Source of the DNA: a virus
Taxonomy: Duplodnaviria > Heunggongvirae > Uroviricota > Caudoviricetes
Length of the DNA stretch: 64,000 bases
Strand: one strand, 5' to 3'
Virus record (IMG/VR): IMGVR_UViG_3300030019_000001
Positions 37,909-46,172 of the stretch are shown here, in pieces; positions within the stretch are counted from its first letter, which is position 1, and every line of letters begins with the position of its first letter. A program made the translations under genes and the position numbers. The notes below the pieces were generated by a model. The model was not told the origin of the DNA. It was given only the letters and a program-made list of their open reading frames with translations, and made no database searches.

Positions 37909-38420
37909 AAATTGAATTTGTTCGTGTTGTTTTTCATGTTATACAATTCATATTGTTCTGGATATTTATGAATAATTTTTTCAAAATGTTCATCACTCAA
38001 ATATTCATGAAATTCATGATGGAATACATCCATAATATTCCAATCTGCGCCATTTTCAATTAATAGTTCCATTACATCAAAATGTCCTCTATCTGTAGCC
38101 CATATTAAAGCACTTCTGTTATCTTTATCTATATGATTTATATTAGCTCCTGAATTAATTAGTTCTTTTGCTATTTGCTCAAATATATTTCTATATTTAG
38201 ACTGGGTTTTTATATGACAGTCTAAAACAGCGCATGTAATTAAAGGAGTTCTTTCCATCCAATGTATATTAATATTATCAATAACACAATCATTGTCAAT
38301 AGCATATTTCACTTTTTTTAATAATTTTATTGCATCTGAATCACTATATACATCATCTTCTAAAATATAATTTAAATCTAAAGATGCATTATATTTTTCA
38401 AATTTTTTTAAATATCTCAT
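37905..38420 (-). CDS. doubly tagged ankyrin-repeat protein
   Basis: TPLITC..GANIN..SALIWA..GH..LLIENGADWN; ends NKFNL. Confidence 0.85.
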   Translation of the reverse strand: MRYLKKFEKYNASLDLNYILEDDVYSDSDAIKLLKKVKYAIDNDCVIDNINIHWMERTPLITCAVLDCHIKTQSKYRNIFEQIAKELINSGANINHIDKDNRSALIWATDRGHFDVMELLIENGADWNIMDVFHHEFHEYLSDEHFEKIIHKYPEQYELYNMKNNTNKFNL

Positions 38421-38923
38421 AAGTTGAATTTTTTTGCTTGTTTTCTTTCTGGATTTCTATCATAAAACCAATCCCAATATCCATTCAAATCTTCATATGG
38501 TAAATTATTATACTTACAACTAAATTGAGTTACAGTTTCTGGCATTTCTGGTAATTCAGATAAATTATTATTATCACATAAAAAATATACTAAATTATTT
38601 GGTAATTTTGGTATTTCAGTTAAATTATTATGCCCACATGAAAAATTTATCAATGAATCTGGTAGATCTGGCAATTCTGTCAAATCATTATGATGAATCA
38701 TTAAATTTGTTATTGTGTTTGGTAAAGTTGGCAATTTTTTTAACTCATTATCGCCACAAAACAATTCTTCTAATGTAGTTGGTAATTCTGGTAGATATCT
38801 TAATTTATTATGATGACATCCCAAATTCTTTAATGTATCAGGCAACTCAGGTAAAGAAGTTAATCCTTTACTTGAGTAATTCAATTCTGTTATTATACTT
38901 TCAAATCTTTTTATATATTTCAT
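38417..38923 (-). CDS. doubly tagged leucine-rich-repeat protein
   Basis: About five 20-aa LPELP..L..L.C..N.L repeats; MKYIKRFE..KKFNL. Confidence 0.9.
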   Translation of the reverse strand: MKYIKRFESIITELNYSSKGLTSLPELPDTLKNLGCHHNKLRYLPELPTTLEELFCGDNELKKLPTLPNTITNLMIHHNDLTELPDLPDSLINFSCGHNNLTEIPKLPNNLVYFLCDNNNLSELPEMPETVTQFSCKYNNLPYEDLNGYWDWFYDRNPERKQAKKFNL

Positions 38924-39279
38924 AAGTTGAATTTATTTATATCATTAATGTATGGTAATTCTTCTTTACTTGTTGGCGTCCAACCTTTGTCTGATTTTAC
39001 AATACTTCTAATTTTATCAAGTGACATATTTGGATTTATTAGTTCTTGTGATTTTTTATTTATTTTGAATTCAATTGATATAAGAAAATTATACTCACTT
39101 ATAGAATAAGCATAAGCATCTATTTTAATGAATTTATTATGATAAGATATATCATAATCTATTCTATTTTCATCTAATATCTCAATTTGTTTATACACAT
39201 TTTCAAATTTAAAATATACTTTGAAAAATATAGTACATCCAACATTGCTCATTTCATTAAATTGTTGATATGTTTTCAT
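38920..39279 (-). CDS. doubly tagged protein with T4 CTS-like N-terminus
   Basis: MKTYQQFNE..NKFNL. Confidence 0.8.
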   Translation of the reverse strand: MKTYQQFNEMSNVGCTIFFKVYFKFENVYKQIEILDENRIDYDISYHNKFIKIDAYAYSISEYNFLISIEFKINKKSQELINPNMSLDKIRSIVKSDKGWTPTSKEELPYINDINKFNL

Positions 39280-39707
39280 ATATTAAATTTATTTGAATTT
39301 ATAATAACATATAAGTCTTCTTTATTTATGATTGAAAAATTTTTATTTCTTTTTTTAATTGCATCTAAAACTTCATCTAAATTTTCACCATTGTATTCTA
39401 TGTTAATTTTAGTATTATAAGAAAAATTCATATTATAATAAGTTATATCTCTCTGTTCTTTATTTTTTGGTAATGCATAAATTTTAAACATTGTTTGAAA
39501 TTGTGTAGAGTTAATATAATTGTCTGTTGTACTAATTATAATATAATAAATATTATTTTCTTCTAATTTTTTGATATCTCGTTCTAAAAGAGGAAAATCA
39601 TTTTCTTCGTCATTATAAGAATAAAGGTTAAGAGTTATTCTATTTGTATTACTGTACATTGGTTCTCCATAATTTTCAGTTTCATTGAACTGTATAAATG
39701 TTTTCAT
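39276..39707 (-). CDS. doubly tagged protein, paralog of neighbours
   Basis: MKTFIQFNE..NSNKFNI. Confidence 0.8.
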   Translation of the reverse strand: MKTFIQFNETENYGEPMYSNTNRITLNLYSYNDEENDFPLLERDIKKLEENNIYYIIISTTDNYINSTQFQTMFKIYALPKNKEQRDITYYNMNFSYNTKINIEYNGENLDEVLDAIKKRNKNFSIINKEDLYVIINSNKFNI

Positions 39708-40090
39708 ATATTAAATTTATTTGAATTTATTATTAAATTTACATCTTCTAAATTTATAATATTCGCATTTTTTGATGTTTTTATTAATTCTATATTTTCT
39801 TCTGTTGTTAAGTCTTCATTAAATATACTTGATAGATTAAACATACCTATTAACTCAGAACTAATAATTTTAGATTCATTTTCATTACATGGAAATAAAT
39901 ATAAGTAAAAGAACTCATCTCCTTTAGTGGTATTATTAAATAGAACATATTCAATACTATATTTATTTGCTTGTTCAATGTCGTAATATATATCTGATAT
40001 TTTATATCTACCTGATTCATAATATCTTCTAAAATATATAGGAAAATGTTTATTTTTTATAGATTCATTGTATTGATTGAATGTTTTCAT
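39704..40090 (-). CDS. doubly tagged protein, paralog of neighbours
   Basis: MKTFNQYNE..NSNKFNI. Confidence 0.8.
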   Translation of the reverse strand: MKTFNQYNESIKNKHFPIYFRRYYESGRYKISDIYYDIEQANKYSIEYVLFNNTTKGDEFFYLYLFPCNENESKIISSELIGMFNLSSIFNEDLTTEENIELIKTSKNANIINLEDVNLIINSNKFNI

Positions 40091-40518
40091 AAGTTAAATT
40101 TATCTGTGACTTTATTTAATTCCCATTGATAATATGTAGTTTCTTTCAATTCTTCAAATTTATCTTGAGATGTTTTTAATGACGATGACAAAAATAATCT
40201 TTCAAACGTTGAATGATTTGGATTTATTATTTGTTTTCCAGTCTTTATTTTTTCATCTTCCCTTAATTCATGTTGTTCTAATTCACAAAAATAAGATAGA
40301 ATATCTATGTTTAATCTTAGATCCACTTCATCAAAAACTTCTGGATTTATAATTCTACATAATACTATATATTCATTGTATCTATGTTGCTTCCAATGAT
40401 AAGTATTAGATTTATATATCATGTAATATCCTGGTATATACTCATTTATCATATTATTGAATTTGTTCTTTGAATTCATTTTATCTTTATAATTATCATA
40501 TATTTTTAAATGGTTCAT
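40087..40518 (-). CDS. doubly tagged protein (divergent N-tag)
   Basis: MNHLKIYD..DKFNL. Confidence 0.75.
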   Translation of the reverse strand: MNHLKIYDNYKDKMNSKNKFNNMINEYIPGYYMIYKSNTYHWKQHRYNEYIVLCRIINPEVFDEVDLRLNIDILSYFCELEQHELREDEKIKTGKQIINPNHSTFERLFLSSSLKTSQDKFEELKETTYYQWELNKVTDKFNL

Positions 40519-40856
40519 AAGTTAAATTTGTTTGCTGTTTTTTTCATTAAATATTCTTTATATTCATCAGGATATTTTTTCATAATATAATCAAATTGTT
40601 TATCACTTAATAAATATGTAAAATCATATCCTTTGTTGTTAATAATATTCCAATCCGCTCCTGCTTCAATAAGTATATTAACAATACTCATAAAATCATG
40701 ATTTGCTGCATAAAATAATGGAGTTCTACCTTCAGCATCTTGAATGTTTATATCAGCATTAAGTCTAATTAAATATTCAACTCTTTTTGTGTTGTCATTT
40801 ACAATAGCATTAAATAAATCTACTTCTTTAGATTCAAACTTTTTTAAATATTTCAT
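40515..40856 (-). CDS. doubly tagged ankyrin-repeat protein
   Basis: ADINIQD..GRTPLFYAA..LIEAGADWN; ends KTANKFNL. Confidence 0.85.
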   Translation of the reverse strand: MKYLKKFESKEVDLFNAIVNDNTKRVEYLIRLNADINIQDAEGRTPLFYAANHDFMSIVNILIEAGADWNIINNKGYDFTYLLSDKQFDYIMKKYPDEYKEYLMKKTANKFNL

Positions 40857-41260
40857 AAATTAAATTTATTTGCTTCTCTAAACATATCAAAATTCTTTTT
40901 TGTTATCTGTTCTTCGATATCTAGAGTATTTCCTGATATCTTAAAGTTGTATATGTGATGATCAATATTTATTAAATTTAATCCATTGATAGTTTCTAAA
41001 TATTCTTCAATAATCTTAAAATTATTATGGTATTTTTTAAAAATTAATTCATCATTTGTTATTTCAATACAAAATTTTAAACCCTCAGAATTTATATCTT
41101 TGTTATAAAAAAATATCTCATTTCTAGAGTATTTTTTATTGTAATTTGTGGTTAAGTCATAATCTAAAGATGTTATGAAATTAATCATAAATTCTATAAA
41201 TATAGGATTATCTGATGTGTCTAATTTGTTTAACATTTCATATTTTTTTAAATATTTCAT
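40853..41260 (-). CDS. doubly tagged cassette protein (array 2)
   Basis: MKYLKKYE..ANKFNL. Confidence 0.8.
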   Translation of the reverse strand: MKYLKKYEMLNKLDTSDNPIFIEFMINFITSLDYDLTTNYNKKYSRNEIFFYNKDINSEGLKFCIEITNDELIFKKYHNNFKIIEEYLETINGLNLINIDHHIYNFKISGNTLDIEEQITKKNFDMFREANKFNL

Positions 41261-41264
41261 AATA

Positions 41265-42908
41265 TCATTTAGTATTTAATTTATCAATAGCTTCATCTTT
41301 AATATCATCTGTTATTCCTAATTCATGAGTAGTTTTAACAATGTGTTTTTTGCTAAATACTTCATATAAGTCATGCTTATTATCGTCAATAATAATAAAA
41401 TTACTAACTGATTTATTATTCTTTAACCAATCTTTTATATCAGATCCACGTTTTTTAGATTTGTCATTTGGAACAACGTCATATATTTTATATTTAAATC
41501 CAGCAGTTTTCATCATCTTTTCTATTTCGCTTAATGGTTTATCATCTCTATATGAAGAAGATAATACTACTTTTGCTTCTGTCTTTTCAATAATATTGTT
41601 TAAATTGCTCATAGCAGTCTTACTCCATTTTTCTGGATCATTAAAAAATTTATGATAGTCGGTATCTGAATTTTTATCATATGGAATTAATGGTCCATCT
41701 AAATCTTCAAATATTACTTTTATTCCACCCTCTTTGATGTTTGATTTATCTTTTTCTATTGATTTTATTATACTATTGAAAGATTCTAATCTTGAATAAT
41801 TTTCATCATCAGCATCTATTATTATCCAAGGAGAATCTTTAGTATTTGTTTTTTTGAAAATCTCATTTATATATTTAGTAAATTCATCCCATTTGTCTAA
41901 TGTTTGCTCATCATTCTTACTAAACTTCCAGTATTTCAATGGATTAGATTTTCTTAATTCAAATCTCATTTTTTGTACATCTTGAGATATGGAGAACCAT
42001 ATTTTTATAAGTATGATGTCATCATCTATTAATTTATCTTCAAAGTTATTGACTTCTTTCATAAATTTATTATATTTATCTTCAGTTGAATATTTCATCA
42101 CTGGTTCAACATAACCTCTTGTATACCAAGATCTATCAAAAAAAACAATTTCTCCATTTTTAGGTAAAGATTTTTCATATCTATCAAACCAATTATTACT
42201 CTCTTCTTCTGTAGGTATACCAAATGTCTGTACTCTAAAATGCTTTGGATCTAGAAATCTTGTGATATTTCTAATCGCTGAACCTTTTCCTGCAGCATCC
42301 CTACCTTCAAATATAATCAATACTTTTTTATTGTTGTATGTAATCCATTCTTGTAATTTTAATAACTCAATTTGATATTTGTATTTTGTTTTTTGATATT
42401 CATCAATAGGGACTTTATTTATTTTAATATCAATTTTATTATATGGTTCATATGATTTATCAGTCTCAATCTTATTGTAGAAAAAATCATATGTGTTGTC
42501 TATATATCTATCAACATTATCAAGATAAGCTTTAAACACACTATTTACATTCTTTATGTTAATATCAAAAGAATTATTAATAGAATATATCTTTAATATA
42601 TCATTAGCAAATTTACCTAATTTCATATGCTTAATTATGTCATTATCTACATTATTTAAAAATTCTTTAAACAAATCTTTAAATTTACTAATTGTATTTT
42701 TATTGTAATTATTCAATATATTTATTTTATATGATTCTAAATCCTCTTTGATTTGAGTTTTATAGAAATCTAATGTATATTTTTTATCTATTGATTGTTT
42801 TAGATTTATAATCAAGCTTTTAAATGAATGTATGAGATTTTCTAACTCATCTTTACTACGATGAAAGAAAGCCTCATTCAATTTATTATAATCATCATAT
42901 TTTAACAT
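41265..42908 (-). CDS. ppk2: N-tagged polyphosphate kinase 2 fused to a C-terminal HAD (Swiss-army-knife type) domain
   Basis: FEGRDAAGKG, LDPK, FDRSWY, PLKYWKFS..D; then EDLDG, LSSSYR, IIDD. Confidence 0.85.
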   Translation of the reverse strand: MLKYDDYNKLNEAFFHRSKDELENLIHSFKSLIINLKQSIDKKYTLDFYKTQIKEDLESYKINILNNYNKNTISKFKDLFKEFLNNVDNDIIKHMKLGKFANDILKIYSINNSFDINIKNVNSVFKAYLDNVDRYIDNTYDFFYNKIETDKSYEPYNKIDIKINKVPIDEYQKTKYKYQIELLKLQEWITYNNKKVLIIFEGRDAAGKGSAIRNITRFLDPKHFRVQTFGIPTEEESNNWFDRYEKSLPKNGEIVFFDRSWYTRGYVEPVMKYSTEDKYNKFMKEVNNFEDKLIDDDIILIKIWFSISQDVQKMRFELRKSNPLKYWKFSKNDEQTLDKWDEFTKYINEIFKKTNTKDSPWIIIDADDENYSRLESFNSIIKSIEKDKSNIKEGGIKVIFEDLDGPLIPYDKNSDTDYHKFFNDPEKWSKTAMSNLNNIIEKTEAKVVLSSSYRDDKPLSEIEKMMKTAGFKYKIYDVVPNDKSKKRGSDIKDWLKNNKSVSNFIIIDDNKHDLYEVFSKKHIVKTTHELGITDDIKDEAIDKLNTK

Positions 42909-42972
42909 ATATAATTGTGCTGTTTTATTGTTTATATTATATATAAAAAAATAAGATTGTTATTTTTATTTT

Positions 42973-42981
42973 TAATATATA
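42973..42981 (+). promoter_or_regulatory. TAATATATA motif, putative late promoter
   Basis: Upstream of the plus-strand tagged genes at 43015. Confidence 0.5.
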
Positions 42982-43014
42982 GTATATCAAAAATATAAAT
43001 TATAAAATATAATT

Positions 43015-43314
43015 ATGAAATATATAAAAAAATATGAATTTGTTAATAACCAGATAGAAATACCTGTTGATTATTATGTTATACCTGTTCTTAAAGGAAT
43101 AAATTATGATATTCAATATAAAACCAAAATAAGCAATAATATTTTTAAAATAATAAATAAAAGTAAATCACAATATAAAATTGATTTTAAAGATTATTAT
43201 CATGAAGATGGTTTTTGGATAGATAAAAAAGATGTATACAAATACTCATCAGTTAGAAAAATATTAGAAGATAGACTGAAATTAATTAATAAATCCAACA
43301 ATTTTAATGTATGA
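43015..43314 (+). CDS. doubly tagged cassette protein (plus-strand sub-array)
   Basis: MKYIKKYE..NNFNV. Confidence 0.75.
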   Translation: MKYIKKYEFVNNQIEIPVDYYVIPVLKGINYDIQYKTKISNNIFKIINKSKSQYKIDFKDYYHEDGFWIDKKDVYKYSSVRKILEDRLKLINKSNNFNV

Positions 43315-43664
43315 TAACAGATTTTAAAATATATGAAAAAAATAAAAAATCATCAATACTACCATCTATTGGAGATTATGTTATATGTGAAAGTATTGAT
43401 TTTACTGAACTAAATAGTTTTACATTAAGTAATATAGGACAGATAATAGAAATTATTGATATTAAATATCGTTGGGATAGATTTATAGTTCAATTTGATT
43501 ATATTCCTGATTATTTAGAATCATATCAAATTTATCATAGCGAAATAGATTATAGCAAAAAATATAAAAATGCCATGTCTTTTTCATTAGAAGAATTGAT
43601 TCATATATCTGATGATAAATCAAAATTAGAATTTTTAACACAAACTAATAAATTTAATATATGA
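43311..43664 (+). CDS. doubly tagged cassette protein, GDYV type
   Basis: MITDFKIYE..IGDYVIC..NKFNI. Confidence 0.8.
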   Translation: MITDFKIYEKNKKSSILPSIGDYVICESIDFTELNSFTLSNIGQIIEIIDIKYRWDRFIVQFDYIPDYLESYQIYHSEIDYSKKYKNAMSFSLEELIHISDDKSKLEFLTQTNKFNI

Positions 43665-44008
43665 TAACAAATTTTAAAATATATGAAGTACAACATGATA
43701 ATCCTGATTACTTAAATGATTTAAAAATAGGTGATGAAATTATATATATTGGACTTCAGAGTAATTATTTGAAATATGGTGAGATATATATTATTGATTC
43801 TATTTTAAAATATTCAGAATATAATGGTAAGAGATCTTATAATAATGTTTATAAAATAGGTGATGGAGATATAATAACACTTAGAGATAAAAAAGGATAT
43901 ATTATTTGTGATAAAGATGACGGAGATAGTAAATACTTTTTTCCAAATAAATTTACAACAGAAGAGTTTTATAATATAATTAATGCATCAAAAAAATTCA
44001 ACTTATAA
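43661..44008 (+). CDS. doubly tagged cassette protein
   Basis: MITNFKIYE..KIGDEI..KKFNL. Confidence 0.8.
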   Translation: MITNFKIYEVQHDNPDYLNDLKIGDEIIYIGLQSNYLKYGEIYIIDSILKYSEYNGKRSYNNVYKIGDGDIITLRDKKGYIICDKDDGDSKYFFPNKFTTEEFYNIINASKKFNL

Positions 44009-44548
44009 TTTATATAAAATATATTTCATTGCATTTGCATTATCTGATTGATTATCAAATGCTTCTATTTCCCAAGGTCTTTGATTATAATCCATATTTG
44101 ATATATCTATAACATCACCAAGCCATAAATAAACTCCTGTTCTACTAATTAATAACATTTTGTCATAATATTGTCTTAAATGAATTAATTCATGAGATAA
44201 TATTGTAATACTTTCATTTCTACTATAGTCACCAATAAATATATAATATGTATCGTTATTAACTACTATATATGCTTTCAAATCAATATCTTCGCCATTA
44301 ATTACTATTGATGATTTATCAATATTTTTAATAACAACAGTAACAGTATCAATTTTAAGTGATTGTAATCCTGATTCTACAATTGTATCTAGATAAGTTC
44401 TATTTGTTAAGTTATATAGATGATGATAATTAACAATTTCAATTTTACTAAAAGGATAATCTTTAGTTGGTATGAATATTTCATATGCTATAAAAATAAG
44501 TATAAAACTAAATAATATTATACCTATTATTTTAATTGGTTTGCTCAT
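44003..44548 (-). CDS. membrane-anchored zincin-like metallopeptidase
   Basis: N-terminal TM; HELIHLRQ..PWEIEAF. Confidence 0.7.
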   Translation of the reverse strand: MSKPIKIIGIILFSFILIFIAYEIFIPTKDYPFSKIEIVNYHHLYNLTNRTYLDTIVESGLQSLKIDTVTVVIKNIDKSSIVINGEDIDLKAYIVVNNDTYYIFIGDYSRNESITILSHELIHLRQYYDKMLLISRTGVYLWLGDVIDISNMDYNQRPWEIEAFDNQSDNANAMKYILYKL

Positions 44549-45072
44549 TTGTGTGTTATTTTATTTAATGATTCAATAGTTAAATTTATATTACTATTTA
44601 TCCAACCACATAGTTGATTGGATATTTTATTTTCTGTTTCTCTGTCTTTTTTTGCCATATTCAACCAAAATGATAATGGCTTTACTATTAAATCATATTT
44701 TTTTCCTCCTAACCACAAAGTATTTATTGTAGCTGAGTATTTATTTGTAGATCTATTTATACCATTTTGATTAACTTCAATATTTTTTATAACATCAAAT
44801 ATTGTATTTGAAGTATCTGATTTTTTTAATTGAGTTATCATAGCATCATCTTCAATAATTTCATCATTAATAATTCTATTTAATGAATTTATTGATTCAA
44901 TTGACCTTGTGACAACTTGCTCAGTTAATTTACCAACAGGTAATAATAAATTTTTAAGTTGATATATTATTCTATTTGCTTTTATACCTGCATTATACCT
45001 TGCATTCTCAGGAGTAAAACCATCAGTTAGTACATCTTCATTGTATTTATCAAAACTTTTTATATTTTTCAT
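44545..45072 (-). CDS. N-tag-only protein
   Basis: MKNIKSFDKYNE; TAATATATA at 45082-90. Confidence 0.7.
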   Translation of the reverse strand: MKNIKSFDKYNEDVLTDGFTPENARYNAGIKANRIIYQLKNLLLPVGKLTEQVVTRSIESINSLNRIINDEIIEDDAMITQLKKSDTSNTIFDVIKNIEVNQNGINRSTNKYSATINTLWLGGKKYDLIVKPLSFWLNMAKKDRETENKISNQLCGWINSNINLTIESLNKITHK

Positions 45073-45107
45073 TATATCATATATATATTAAAAAATAAAA
45101 TAAAAAT

Positions 45108-45452
45108 ATGATTAAAGTTTATATAGCTTCACCATATACAAAAGGTGATGTTGCTGTTAATGTTAAAATACAAATGGACACAGCAGATGAATTAATGAAT
45201 AAAGGTTTTGTGCCATTTACACCATTATATTCACATTTTCAGCATATGGCTCATCCTAGACCATATGAAGATTGGCTTAAAATTGATTTTGAGTGGATTC
45301 CAGTATGTGATTGTATATTGAGATTACCAGGAGAATCAAGTGGTGCAGATAAGGAAGTTGAATTTGCAATAAAAAATAATATATTAGTTTTCTATTCAAT
45401 TGAAAATATGTGTAGTTATTACAAAACATTGGAAGATTTTAAAAATAATTGA
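45108..45452 (+). CDS. DUF4406/nucleoside 2-deoxyribosyltransferase-like protein
   Basis: VYIASPYT..CDCILRLPGES.GA..E. Confidence 0.7.
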   Translation: MIKVYIASPYTKGDVAVNVKIQMDTADELMNKGFVPFTPLYSHFQHMAHPRPYEDWLKIDFEWIPVCDCILRLPGESSGADKEVEFAIKNNILVFYSIENMCSYYKTLEDFKNN

Positions 45453-45527
45453 AAAATTAACTTGTGAATGTTTGGTAGTATGAAAATCTTTTTGTAATTT
45501 TGTAATTCAGTTTAAAAACATAAATAT

Positions 45528-45866
45528 ATGAGTAAAACTATTATTACAAAAAGTGGTATTAAGTTTATAACAAGCATAAATAGAGAACATCTAATTGAAA
45601 CTTTATGTAGAGAAATTGGTGCGAAATTTCAAGATAATGAATATTGTCAAAATGAGCACTATGCAGATATGGCTCATGAAATGTCAAAAGATGATGCATT
45701 AGATACTGCAACAAAATTAAAATTGTTTTATAATAGAGGAGATGAGATTTTAGAAAAATATCATTATTTCTTTTCAAAAGATTATACAAGTAAAAACTTT
45801 AATGATTTTTTATTGGAAATTATTGAAACACTTGAGAATTCAGATGGATATGAATGCGTATATTAA
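45528..45866 (+). CDS. hypothetical protein
   Basis: Intact ORF behind the first promoter unit. Confidence 0.7.
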   Translation: MSKTIITKSGIKFITSINREHLIETLCREIGAKFQDNEYCQNEHYADMAHEMSKDDALDTATKLKLFYNRGDEILEKYHYFFSKDYTSKNFNDFLLEIIETLENSDGYECVY

Positions 45867-46172
45867 AACTGAAACTTTAACATTAAATATTTGGTAGTAT
45901 CAAAAACTTTTATTAATTTTGTACTACAATAAAAAACAAAAAACTTCAAGTAAGAGTACTTGAAAAAGTTCAAAACTTTAACATTAAATATTTGGTAAAA
46001 CAAAAAACTTTTTGTAATTTTGCACTACAATATCAAAAGAAATATAATCACAAAAATTAAATTTCAATTGAAAAAAAGTTCAAAACTTTAACATTAAATA
46101 TTTGGTAAAACAAAAAACTTTTTGTAATTTTGAACTACAATAAAAACAAATCAAATTTCAGATTGAAAAAAA

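Noticed and set aside
41341-41655. Shadow ORFs such as 41341+, 2633-, 5264-, 7576-, 8741-, 10047-, 15815-, 16388-, 18542-, 21562+, 28340-, 32050-, 35258-, 36247+, 38927+, 39187+, 40170+, 45565-, 51919+, 55158-, 55410+, 56296+, 57252+, 60186+ and 60447+
   Set aside because: They overlap better-supported genes, are mostly antisense, and have the F/L/I/S-rich composition expected from the reverse strand of AT-rich coding DNA.
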